Shown piece by piece: positions 13,260-25,523 of a stretch of 64,000 nucleotides of DNA. Where the stretch lies: assembly GCA_001643675.2 (NCBI GenBank), contig LSRY02000028.1, positions 248,001 to 312,000 of the forward strand, in the 5' to 3' direction. The translations under genes and the position numbers were made by a program. The stretch's first letter is position 1; each line of letters starts with the position of its first letter. Source of the DNA: Monocercomonoides exilis PA203. Taxonomy: Eukaryota; Protista; Preaxostyla. The notes below the pieces were generated by a model, which ran no database searches, was not told the origin of the DNA, and saw only the letters and a list, made by a program, of their open reading frames with translations.

Positions 13260-16200
13260 GGGTTCATCTATAAAGTCGATGCTTGCATCATTTTTCTTTT
13301 CTTTTCCATATCAAGATCTTTTTCCAGACCTTCGTTCTCTATTTCCTCTTCTCTTATTTCATTCTCTTTTATAATTTTCTTCTTTTTTCTTTATTCCGTT
13401 TCTCTCCTTCTCCTGTTCCTCTCTCTCACTCTCTTATGTCATATTCGTTGTTAAGTTACACTCTTTCCCTTTTCAACTTTCACATATTCATTCAAAATCT
13501 GTGCGGAAGTGTTAGTTGGGGATTTGTGCTTAAAGGAAATGCAATTGAAAGCGTCAGTCAGATTTGTGAGAAGAATAGACGATGATAAAGAAGAAGAAGA
13601 AGAGGAGGAGGAGAAGGAGAAGGAGAAAAAGAAAAAGAAAAAGAAAAAGAAGAGGAAGAAGAAGAAGAGAAAGATGAAGAAGATGATGATAATTAGGAGG
13701 AGGAGGAGGAGGCAAAAGAATATGACAAAGGAGAAAACGAAGAAGCGAGTGAGGTACCAACAATACCCAAGAGCGATGATGTGCGGGGTGTATGGTGATA
13801 CAACAGCTGGACAGATTCTCCGTCTTTGACATTCTACTTCCTCCCAAAAAACAAGGAAACAGTGTTAGCCTGCGAGAAAGTGAAGAAATCATCTTTCTCT
13901 TTCTTCTTCTTCGCCTTTGGAGAAGCGATGAGGACTGCCGACTGGAACACCTTTTTGATGAAGCGGAGAGAAGATGACAAGGAAGATTTTTTGCCTGGGC
14001 ATTGCGGAGGACGAGGAAATTCCCTGAGGAAAGAGGAGGAAGCGACTGAGGCGCCTTCGTATGTTCCGTGGGAGGGAAACGAAGAAGGTGGAGAAGGAAG
14101 AGGAAAAGAAGTGGATGAAGAAGGCTTGGAGTTGTCAGTAGATGGCACAAGAGAGGAAGGCGATCCTTCGATGTGAGGAAGCGATTCTCCAAATGTGACA
14201 GTTTTGGTGAATCCTTTTCTGATTGTGCTGTCTGTTGAAGAGACGGAAGAAGCAGAAGAAGAAGATAGAGCAGAATGTGTTATGATGGCGAGGTGAAGAA
14301 GCGACGAAGAAAGAGAACTTGTTGACTGTGAAGTGGAAAAAGAAGAAGAAGGCAGGAAAGGCAGCATGAAAGGAAGAAGCAGAGAAATAGGCAGTGTTGA
14401 GGAAAGTGACTGTGTGGGAGAGGGCAAGCGGAAGAGCAGTGGTCAACGCTGTTCCAAATCGGAGTAAGGGGTGGAAGATGAGGCAGAGATAAAGGAAGCA
14501 GAAGCAGAAGTTGAAGGGGAAGGGAAAGAGATTGACTTATCAGAAGACATGCCGGAAATAGTGGATTTAGCAGAGTATTTTAGCGGAGAGATTGGAGAAA
14601 CAGAAGAAGGATAAAGAGACAAGGGAGAGAAAGTTGGTGAAGGAAAGGTGGAATGAACAGCCTTGTCGGGTATGGAGTCGGAGGCGGTTGGAGCTGTAGC
14701 TGTTGCAACAGAAGCAGAAGCAGAAGCAGAAGCTGCAGCAAAAGCAGTTGATGTTGAGTTTGTTGCTGCTGCTGCTATTGATGTTGATGCAGATGTTGGA
14801 GTTGTTGTGTGTTTATCTGACTATTTGCATTGCTTCATATAAACCATTTCGAATGTTTCGGAGTCTGATGATGTTTCGAACGTGTTCTCATTATCAGGAA
14901 GCTCCCGGTCAGACATCTCTTCTCCTTCTTCTGATATTTCTTCTTCTTCCTCTTCCTTCTCCTCTTCTTCATTTCTTTCTTTTCTTCCTCTTTTCTCTCA
15001 TCATTATCTCCATCACCATCATGTCTTGCTTCTTCCTCTTCTTTCTCGTCATCGTTATCAAGCAGAATAACTACTGTTTCCCCCTTTTAACAATCGTGTC
15101 ATATTTTCCTCCTCCAATTAGTTCAAAATTGAACTGAAAAGAAACTAGTTTTACATATGATATTTCAAAAAGACAGAAGAATAAAAGAACTCTATCACTT
15201 AATTGAGAGGTTTACCACTTTTTTCTCCTCATTTTCCTTCTCTCTTCTTTTTCTCCGAAATTCCTGGAAATTGACTCTCGCTTATTCCAAGGAATTCCTC
15301 CGAAGTGGGAATTTCTCCATCGGTAGATTCTGTACGCGATGGAGAAATGGTTGCGTAATGTGATGAGAGACAAGTGTTTATGAGCAACTTACAGCCGCTG
15401 CTCCAGCCGATGGCGAGTTGTTAAAGAGAAGATGGAGGGAAGAGAAAAGGAAGAAGAGATAGAAGAAGTGGAAGTGGAAGTGGAAGAGGAAGGGGAAGTG
15501 GAAGAAGAAGAAGATACAGAAGTTAATGCTGATGATGATTGAGCCTCTCGATCGCAATGGTGACTTTGTGGGACGAATGTGAAGTGGGAGGTATTTTTGC
15601 AGTTCCTATGCTGATGGCGATTGGTGGAGTCTGTGTTGTGCGGAGGAGAAGTTGGCAGAATCAGCAGATGCTCAGACAAACATGTGTGTGTTTGGGATTC
15701 GGTGATGAACGGCAGCAGATTCTTAGGAGATGGAAGAGAAGGAAAGGCAGGTGAAGCAAATGAGGAAGGAGAAGGAGAAGAAGAAGAAGAAAAATAAAGG
15801 AAGGAAAATGAGGAATAAATACAATTATTAAAGATTATCCATCATTGCTTGCTTCAAGTCCATCTGAACTTTTAGGAGATGATAACATTGAAGGTCCTCT
15901 TCAACTGAGTGCTTTATAAATGAAATCTGCTCATTGCTTTTGAAAAGTTCTTATCTCTTGAATTTTTTCAAAGTCCATAAAGACAGTCATTTTCCCCTTT
16001 GCGTTTATTTTTATCTTCCATCAGGTTTTTCTCTTTTTATTTCACTCCTAACATCTTTTCCTTCTCTTTCTCTTCATTTTCATAAAAATCAAATCGAATA
16101 GGCAACATTCATGATAAAAGTTACAGGTTGTGGGTTCGCAATGTTGCATCAACAAACATCAAACTCATTTTTTTCTGAAGAATCAGTGAGAGCAGATATT

Positions 16201-16450
16201 CATTCATGCATCGCTATGCTAACATTTGCAGACAAGGAGTATTGTCTGAGTTATTAGTCAAGAACAATTCTTCACCATCATGTTTGCTTCAATTTTTTCT
16301 CTTCTTCGAAAGATTCTCTGAAGGAATTGGTTGCGACAAATTTATGATAAGTTTTACAATGAGAAAAAAAAGATAACGATAAAGATATAATACTTATAAT
16401 TGAATTCTTCACTGTTTCAACTCAAATCTCAAACATCACAGGTTTAATAA
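13260..16450 (-). pseudogene. Decayed Ser/Pro-rich low-complexity gene fragment(s) carried inside the hAT element
   Basis: Overlapping broken ORFs (13554-14192, 13834-14427, 15389-15679) with host-type poly-Ser composition and frame switches. No intact ORF. Confidence 0.4.
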
Positions 16451-18264
16451 AATCATCATCTGTTTCTCATATTTTTCATATTCTTTTTATATTGCGAATG
16501 CAATTCTTCTTTCACAATTATCCGACTAACTTGAAAATGTTCGATAAAATAAACATCTTTATAGAAGATTAATTAAAAGAAACATACTTTCTCATTCTTT
16601 AAGTATTTTTCCTATTTCAATTTAAAGCAAATATATAGATTATTTTTCTGAATCAAGTTAAAATAACAATAGTTCCAATGATGTTAAAATGGAAAAAAAA
16701 GTTGTAAAATTAAAAATTCACAACAAATTTAAGAACTGTTCGATTAATCTTTATTCATTGAAACATTAATTGGGTTATACAGTTTTTCACACTTTCATTC
16801 TCTTTAACAATTATTATTTTAAATTTGAAATTTAAAAAAAATTCAGATATTGCTATTTCAAATTCAATAAAGAACTTTTTGATTATTAAATTACAAGAAT
16901 TTCGGAATTTAAAAATTTGAGCGAAATGCATTTGTTCAATGGCACACAAATTCTAAGCTGTCTCGAGGTTAATTCAAATTTGTAAAAAAAACAAACTTTC
17001 ATGAATGAATCTTCTAATTTGAAGATCAATAAAAAAATACGATAGAAGTATTCACACACTTTTCCAGTGTGTTGATTGCAACGAATTAGCTTTCTAAATA
17101 TGATACAAAAACAATGTCACATATTTTTTTTTATTGCAAAATGAAAAAACATAAGTTCAGCAATTTTCTGTTTGGATAATAAGAATTTCGATGGGCAGAT
17201 CGTTTTCAATAGTTTTCCTTCTTCATTTTTTTAAAAATTGTTATTATGAAACTCAAAAATCAATCGTGGCAAATTCGAAAATAAATTTATGGTTCATTCA
17301 AGTTATTTAAATTAATCAAAAATTGTCACTCTAAAAAATTATAAATTTAGTATAAATGACAATATTTATTAATATTTGGGTAATTCTTTTTGGGATCATA
17401 CTTTTTCTGTCAAAATTTTCGGTCTGATTTTTTTCGGTTCGAAAGTTATCAACATATGAAGAATATGAACGGAAAACATCTTAAAATCAATAAAGATAAA
17501 ATCTCTCGTGAAACTCTTCGAAATCCTTTATTTTTAACTTGAATGGTCGCATTTTATCATAATTTTGAAACATTGACATTTTTTTTTTCATTCATTTTCT
17601 ATTATTCTTGAATTACAAATGTTATCATGATAATATTTAAAAACATGTCACAAACTTCATTTGGTCGACAATTTTTCAGATTTAAAAAGTTATGTATTTT
17701 GATCTCATAAGAATTACAATTGCTGATTTTTGGTGAATTAGAGTTTTTTCTTTTTGATCCATCTTGAAAATAGATGTTTATAAAATTTACAATGAATGTT
17801 TCAATTCTTTTTCGAGAAAATTAAATATTAAGATACGTATATAAAATTTTATTCGATCAGAAATTTTCAAATCTCAGAATTGATATCAACGTTTTGTATA
17901 AGCTTATTCATCTCACTGAAATTTGAGCAAAAAAAGCATTTTTATAATTGGTTGTTTGTAATTTGTTTTTTCTTAAAAGTTTAATTTATTTTTAGATTTT
18001 TTGAATTCGTTTTTTTTGTTGCAATATTCTCAAAAAATATAACTTCTGCATATAACTTTTACAACGATAAGTGAATTTTCAGAGGGAAATATTTCATGTT
18101 GTCAATAACAATTTTGAACATTTTTAATTAGACGATGAAGAATATTTAGCCGGAAGGAGTAAGTGAATTGAGTATTTGAAAGAGTTCAAGAATAGTTAAA
18201 AAATGAAGTTAAACAAGATGTTGTTATTGAATGGGGTGTATTTGAAGAAGTCATCCAGAAAACA

Positions 18265-21200
18265 TCAAAAAATGTCAAGCGCAACTAGCGTGAGCATCAA
18301 CCCTCTAGAGTCTCCGTCTTCTGCATTCAACCATCTAGACTCGTTCATCAGCGCTGCCCTACCATCTTTGAAACCTGTTCGAACGAACGGATCGAGTGTG
18401 TCGACTTTTTCTTCTTCTCGAACTTTTTGCACTCGGCTGGTGATGTTGTATTCCACACATATGGCAACATCTTTTTTCCTATGGCAAGCTTGCTTCCTCT
18501 TTATCACCAGCCACACCTTCTACTTCCACCCTCACCCGGTGCATTCCATCTCGGCTGCAGCACACATGCAGCCCCCGCATCGCCACCAACGCCGGATAGT
18601 GCATAAACTCCCGACTCTCCGGGAAACAGAACGCATACGACATCGTCTGCATCCCATACGCACCCGGAACAACGCTCTGTGTCCTCGTCGCACTGCCACT
18701 TCGCAGTGCAATCGACCGTCCTGGCACCTGTATCAGCACCTCCACCGACCTCTGCGCTGATGTTTTGTTTGTCGGCGCCACATCGCACACACACACGCCC
18801 AGCTAGCATCTTCTCCGACTCCACATACTTCCTCGCCTTCCGCCCTTCCTCATTCATCTCCCACTTTTCGCTCACGTCATACACAAACTCCTACACAACC
18901 ACCTGCTTCATCTCCACTCGTTTCCCCAAGCCACTCAAGCACAGCACTTGTTTCCTCACTTGTCTCTCTTATTCTCTTTCTCTTTCCTTTTCTCCTTCTC
19001 CTTTTTCTTCTCCTTCTATTCCTTCTTTCCCTCTTTCAAATTCCTCCATCTCCTTCACAAACAGCACTGGGGCTGTGTCATGCTCCTAATAGACACACTC
19101 GCTCTTCCTCCCCTCATCTCAATCACCTTCTCCACGCAAACAGAGTGCACACAAACATGTGTCAGCGCAGCTGCAAACGCTGCTGATGCTAACGAATCGG
19201 TGCATTCAATCACATTCGCTGACACAAAAGGAACAGACCTCCCACACTCACGCGTATCCCTGCCCACCCTCTCCCCGACACATCCACAGATACCGCGCAT
19301 AGTCCAGGAAGAAATGGTTCCACTCAACCAGTACAGAATGAGATGACGCCACACGATGATATTAATTCTCTCGGTATTCCATCATGTTCTCCACCTGCTG
19401 GAACTTCGCAACTGGCTTTTCCTCTTCTTCTTTCCAGGAACAAAGCTCATCATCTCCAAAAGAGTCGCAAGAAACACAAGAAGCAGAAGTGAAGCCATAA
19501 TGCACATTCTCTGATTCCATCTGCATTCCCATAGGCATCGCCATCTGAGGATTTGATCGAATATCCATAAAGAAAGAGCCACAAAAGTCATTTGCCCGAC
19601 GAGGCATCGCACCAGCGTTGCTTATCCTCTGCCATGCATTCGACTGCATCTATATTCTCGGCCTCGACCCTAATCCTACCTCTGCCCCTGCCCTAGCCAT
19701 CCCAACCATCGGCATTGCCATTCTCAATCCAGGCCTCGATCCTTTCTCCATCTGCACCATCTGTTATTTCATCAACATTACACCCCCATTTGCAGACTCA
19801 GCATCAGCTTAAGCTAGTCGTTGTTCCGAATGTTTCACACGCCCATTGTGCACATGTCACTCAGCGGTACTTCGTTGAAGACAATCTTCTATATGTCAGG
19901 AGTAATCCCTTCTTTTATCTGCGCAAACTCCTTCTGCTTTACCGTTTTCGTCTCCTTCGTAACGCAAACTCAAATCACCTTCACTTCCATCGTTCTGATT
20001 CGAGTTTTCATCTTGTGACAAATCCCCTCCTTCGTTGCATGCTCGAGCAAATGCTTCTTTCACACTGCTCTTTCTTCACTTTTCTTCTTCTTCTTCTTCC
20101 TCCTCCTCGATCAACCCCAAAACAACTAGTCTCGATTGATGTCCTGTCTCAGACAGCTTCTTCTCTTCTTTCTTGTCTCTCGCTTGCGACTTCAGCTTCT
20201 CTTTCACTTTCTCCTCCAGCACAACACACCTCCTCAAACTCCTCTCCAGCAATTCTTCTCCTTCTCTTCTTTCTCCTTCTTTTCCTTCTTCACTTTTCTT
20301 CGCCTTCTGCCCCAGCTCCACCAGCCTCGCCAGCACAAACACTTGCTCCACTGCATTCAGCTTCGCAAACAAAGCTGGCTCTGCATATTCCTCAAACAGC
20401 TCCACATCTTCCGTGCCCAGCAGATCGTGGTCAACCACCGTCTTCTCCTTTTTGCTCGCCAAACTCGGCCGAACCGCTTTCGCAAAGAATTTTGTCGCCT
20501 TTTTGAACAGCAGAATATTCGTTTCCTCACATGCAAATTCGCTGTAACGATCACAAAGCTCTCGGAATTTCTTCTTCTTCTCTTCTCCTTCTTCTTTTTC
20601 TTCATCTTCATCCTCATCCTCATTATCATCATCAACCAACTTGTACAGCTCCTCAAACGCATTACACCACGCATCAAATGCTCTCACTTTTGCCTCGTCT
20701 CCCTCATTCTTCTTCGCCTTCGCCTTCATCACGCACTTCAGCAGATGAAGAATTCCCCCAAAGCAACTGTAGCTTTCATATGTAGATGTCGACAGATCTT
20801 TTATCTTCCGCGTCGCAGCACATTTCGAAAGATATGCTTTCTTCAATGACACTCCTCCTGTCTTCTTCCCATTTGAACTGGCACATTCACATTCACATCT
20901 TGATTTTATTTTCTCCTCCTTCTCCTTCTTTTCTTCCTTCTTTTCTTCCTTCTTTTCTTCATCCTTCTCATCGCCTGCATCCCAACATCTGCTTCTCAGC
21001 ACTTTTTCTGGCAGAATCAGCGCCGAGTGCATCTTCTGCAAAACATGCTTCTTCGGGTCAAACACATTCATCAGCCGCATTTCCCTCAATCGTCCTTCTC
21101 CTTCTTCTCCTTCTTCTCCTTCTCTTCCCTCCGTTTTCCTTCTCCCTCCGCACAGACTCAGATCCACCCCCACCACTTTCGCCACCACATGCTCATCGTC

Positions 21201-22840
21201 TGTCGCCACCACTGTCACAGTGCTCTGCCCCTTCCCTGCAATCACCTCCATCGGGACAACCACACGCCTCCTCTTCCCTTCCCCTGGTGCTTCGTTCAGC
21301 ACAACTGTCGTCGTCTCCCCCAAAAAGTCGATGTTCTTCCAGTCTGCCAGGCTCCTCCTCCAGTTCCGCACTCCTCCCATTCCCCCTTCCATCGCCCCGT
21401 TCATCATCATCTTCTTCCGCTTCCTCGCCATCATGTCTGCCATCATCTCTCCGCTCGCTGCTCCTCCGCAGATTGCATCCCCTGCACATGCGCTCGTCTC
21501 CTTCCTCCAAGTCTCCTGCGTCACAACCCCGTGCATCAGCACAGAAGGCGCATCCAGGGTGTTCCCCAGCCGCGCTGCTGCCGTCTGTCTTCGCTGGATG
21601 TATTCTTGCTCTGTGCCCATCCTCTTTTCCGACTTGTAGAAGAACCCCGCCACCTTTGCGGTCTGCACCTCTGCCTGCCTCCCCTCTATCAGCCCTGTCA
21701 GCTGCATCTCTGTATCAAACGCCCCCGCAAACACACTCCCAAACATATGCACACGCGTCATTGCTGTGCAGTTGCTCAGAATCACCTCCACTTTCCTTGG
21801 TTCCGCTCCTTCTCTCATCTGCCTAACTCCCACAATCACAACTGCAGCATCACCTCCTCGTCACCAAATCTTCCGCATACCATTTAGAAGCGATGCGTTG
21901 TCATGTCTCACACCGCAATCGATTTCTTCTTTCGATTTTTCGATCATGTTTTCCCCCTTCATTCCATCTTTCTCGTTGTTTTCAACCATCTTCCGTGGCT
22001 CATTCAGCGAAATAGACGTCCGCAGCCCCGTCGCCCACTCTAACAGCTCATATTCCCCACAAGGAAAATCAGCCTACAGAATCGCCTTCTCTTCCTTCAT
22101 CACCATCTTCTCGCTCACATCACGCAGCGGGACAATCCGCTCTATCCCTATCATTTGCGTCAGCGAAACCAGTCTCTTCTCAATCCTCTTCTTCTCATTC
22201 TTCGCTCTCTCCTTTTCTTCCTCTTCAATCTTTTCATCTTCACTCCTTTCCTCTTCTCCTTCATCCCATCCCTTTGCATTCCAGCTTTTCCACCACATGC
22301 CTCGACTGCAGCGATTGCAACACCAGCCGCGCTATCACCGACGGTAGCAGCGACGGTTCAAATTGATCGCAGATCGATGTGAGCGCATTCACATCTGCCG
22401 CTGCAACGATCCGCTTTCTCCCCGACTTCGTGCTCACAAATGCTGCAAGCGATGGAGCCTGACCAACAAACGGAACAGAAAGCATCACATCGTATGCACA
22501 CGTAACACCTCCATTCAGCACTCCCCGCCGAGCCACAACATATTCCTTGAAGCGTCTGTTGCTCCCTTAATTACGAATTCCTTTGATTTGCATGCGCCCC
22601 AGCTTCTTCTGACACAGCAATCCGCATCCGTCTATCGATATCGTCCATCGCTGCTACAGACGTGCATGACGCCACCGCAGACGCATACGAAGAGTTAATT
22701 GCAGGCGAAGATGAAGACGATAATTACTTGTCATCTACTTTCGCTTTCTTCTCTTCGCTGCTCTGCCTCCTGAATGGAGAAGAAGATCTACGTTCTGCTT
22801 CAGTTGAATAAGACTAAGTCAAAAAAAAAAATAGAATGAC
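18265..22840 (-). pseudogene. Frameshifted fragment of a very large hypothetical protein (possibly alpha-2-macroglobulin-like fold), cargo of the Sola2-like element
   Basis: More GC-rich coding-like island made of successive ORFs in different frames (22261-22536, 22074-22298, 20076-21839, 19362-19649, 19055-19354, 18479-18796, 18265-18516). Globular motifs include VEVLIQVPGRSIAL and SYAFCFPESREFMHYPALV. Family assignment is tentative. Confidence 0.55.
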
Positions 22841-23299
22841 AAGAATAATGCTGTGCTGTTTTCCTGAAATAAAAATGTGTAAGAGATGTGAGATAATTTT
22901 TTAAAAGTTAACCAACAAACTTCACTTTGGCTTCTTCTATTTTCGCATCAGAAAGTTTAAACAGTTGATGAAATCATTCACCTCAAAATGATGAAACTTC
23001 GTTGTACTTTCCTTTTTCTTTTTTTTTTTCTTTTTCTTTCTTTTTTCTTTTTTTGAAATATCATTGCAGATTGTATGACGTCGAACTTTGAATAGTTAAT
23101 ATTCAAAAAATTCCGTTTATATTGATTGCAAAATAAAAGGAGATATAACAGAATGTTTGTATTTGACTGTGTAAACATCAATAAAGTTTGCAAGTGTATA
23201 TCAGATTTCTTCAGTTCTTTCGAGAAGTGTACAGGATAAACAATCAAATTGACTACTCATGCATATGCCATTTCATTTGTTTTATTGATCGTTCATATT

Positions 23300-25100
23300 T
23301 GTGATTTGTGACTTTTGTGAATATCTCTTTTCAATTGTTTATTTGTTGTTTTAGTATTTTTTAAAAATGCATCCAAAAGATCATAAATCAACATTGAAGC
23401 TTATTTTTTTGCGACTATTTTGATATTTAACATGTCCAAAAATTCAATAAGTTTGAAAAGAACAATTAAAAAATCAGTAAACAAGAATAAACCAAATTCT
23501 TGCAACAAAACTCTTATCACAAATTGAGAGCAATTCCAACTGAAAACACAATGCTTCACAGAACCCTTTGAGGTTGAATAAATAATTTGAAGTTGGTGCA
23601 GCCATTTTAGAATGATTATTTTGATACAGATAGACTGTTGATTGAAAGTTGAAAGGAAGCTGAAACTCAGAAATGAATGATAGTCGAATGGAAGATGAAA
23701 GAGTAGCGTGATTGTGGAAGAGTTGTGAAAAAATTATCTGCTGAAGCTCTGCAATTGAGCAATATTGGCATAGGAAGAAACAAGTTTGTTTGAAGATGAG
23801 GTTGCAATATGATAGGAGATAAAATTATTTTTTAGATAATTATGAAAGAAAAATGAATTTTGATGAAGGAAAATGTGAGTTGAGTGAAATGGTTGATGAA
23901 GAATGCTGATAAGAAGAAGAAGATGATGATGATGATGAAGGAGGAGAAGGAGAAGGAGAAAAAGAAGTGAATGAAGAATTTCGTACATTCATGTTGCTTG
24001 GCGAAGAGTAATGATAAGGCAATGAGCCAATTGTTGACGATGATGATGAATGAGAATAACTTGTATTTTCGCTTGTTTCATGCGAAAACTACCAATAATT
24101 CGACAGAAATGAATCCAAAGTTTCATTGATAAAAGCATATGTTTTAAAATGGAAAAAGTCGACGTTTTTATCAGATCAAGAAATTGATGGATTGCGATGT
24201 ATCCAGATCTTCTCGATCATTCTCTTTGGCTTTGCTGTTCACCACTTTCATTTGAACGAACTTTTTTTATGCGTTGCTGTTTCGTTTATCGGTTTAATCG
24301 CTTCTTTTTCTTCCTCTTTTTCTCCATTTTTTCTTTATTTTCTTCTGCTATCACATCTTCTTCAACTTTCCCTTAAAAGCATTTCTAAAACATATAAATA
24401 GACAGTATCAAAACTTTTTCATATTATTCTTGTGAATACTCGACAAAACTTTCAATTCTCACATATTCCGATTTATGTTCAGCAACTTTGGTCGACTTTT
24501 CATCTCGGCATATTACTTCAATTCTTTTATTTTTTTTTTCTCTTCTTCCTCTTTTCCCTCTCTGCTATTATCTCTTTCTCTTCCTTCCTCATTGTTCTTC
24601 CCTTCCTGCTTCAGCTGCACTCGTTGGAGTCATATAATGTCGATCATCAAGTTTTGATGTCTCTTGCTTTTTATCATCTGCATAACTGCTTCTAGGCACG
24701 TTTCTTCCTAAATATTCATTCTTATCTGTTTGGTGATCTCTCATTCAGCATTGCTCTCACTGAGTGAACTACTTTTAATATTAATTTGTTAGCGCTGTAA
24801 GGTTTTTCGAATATTCTCTCTAAAGCCTAAGGAAATTTTTTACTTATAGGATGTCTGGTTGCAGATGAAGTATAAAGAAGCACTAATTCAAAGGAGAGAA
24901 AATCATAAATAAGCAAACAAATGAATTTGAATGTGCCTGAAAGCTGTGGATTGATAAGAAAACATTGGATGTATTTTCAGCAATTGATTGAGCAAATATA
25001 TTCATGTGATTTATTTGTCGAAAATCGTTATATAAAAGCACATCTTTTCAAGAGCCAGTATTTTTTCTATAATTGTTGCTTTTTAAATTGGAATCTCTGC
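23300..25100 (-). pseudogene. Decayed coding-like fragments (cargo)
   Basis: Short Ser-rich and charged ORF remnants with many stops. No intact gene. Confidence 0.25.
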
Positions 25101-25523
25101 AATTCACTTTTGCAGAATTGAAATGACACAAAAGGGAATAAAAAGGAGAATATGTGAAAATTTGCATTTCTTTAAATAAAAATCGTTTAAAGCAACCAAA
25201 CCTGGTTTCATTCAAAAGTTGTATCGGTGCAACCTTCCGTTCTGCAGAAACATATTTTTTTCACCTTTCGTTCAACGAATATTTGTCAGGATAAACTAAT
25301 AATTAAGAAAATTCTCAGTGAAAACGTTTAATAAAATCTAATACTTGAAATTTGAAAAGTGTTCAATATCCATCAATTCAAAAAATACATGTGCTCTTTA
25401 TTCATTTTCCACACATTGATGTACGTTTTAAAAAGTTAAAATTATTAACAATAAAAGATTTCGCAGATCATCCCATTTGTGGAACTTTGTCATCACAAAG
25501 AATAAACTATTTTTTGTTGAGTC

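Noticed and set aside
19715-22698. Many long + strand ORFs (e.g. 20786-21826, 21027-21887)
   Set aside because: Antisense shadows of the purine-rich minus-strand pseudogene; low-complexity Ser/Pro/Leu translations.
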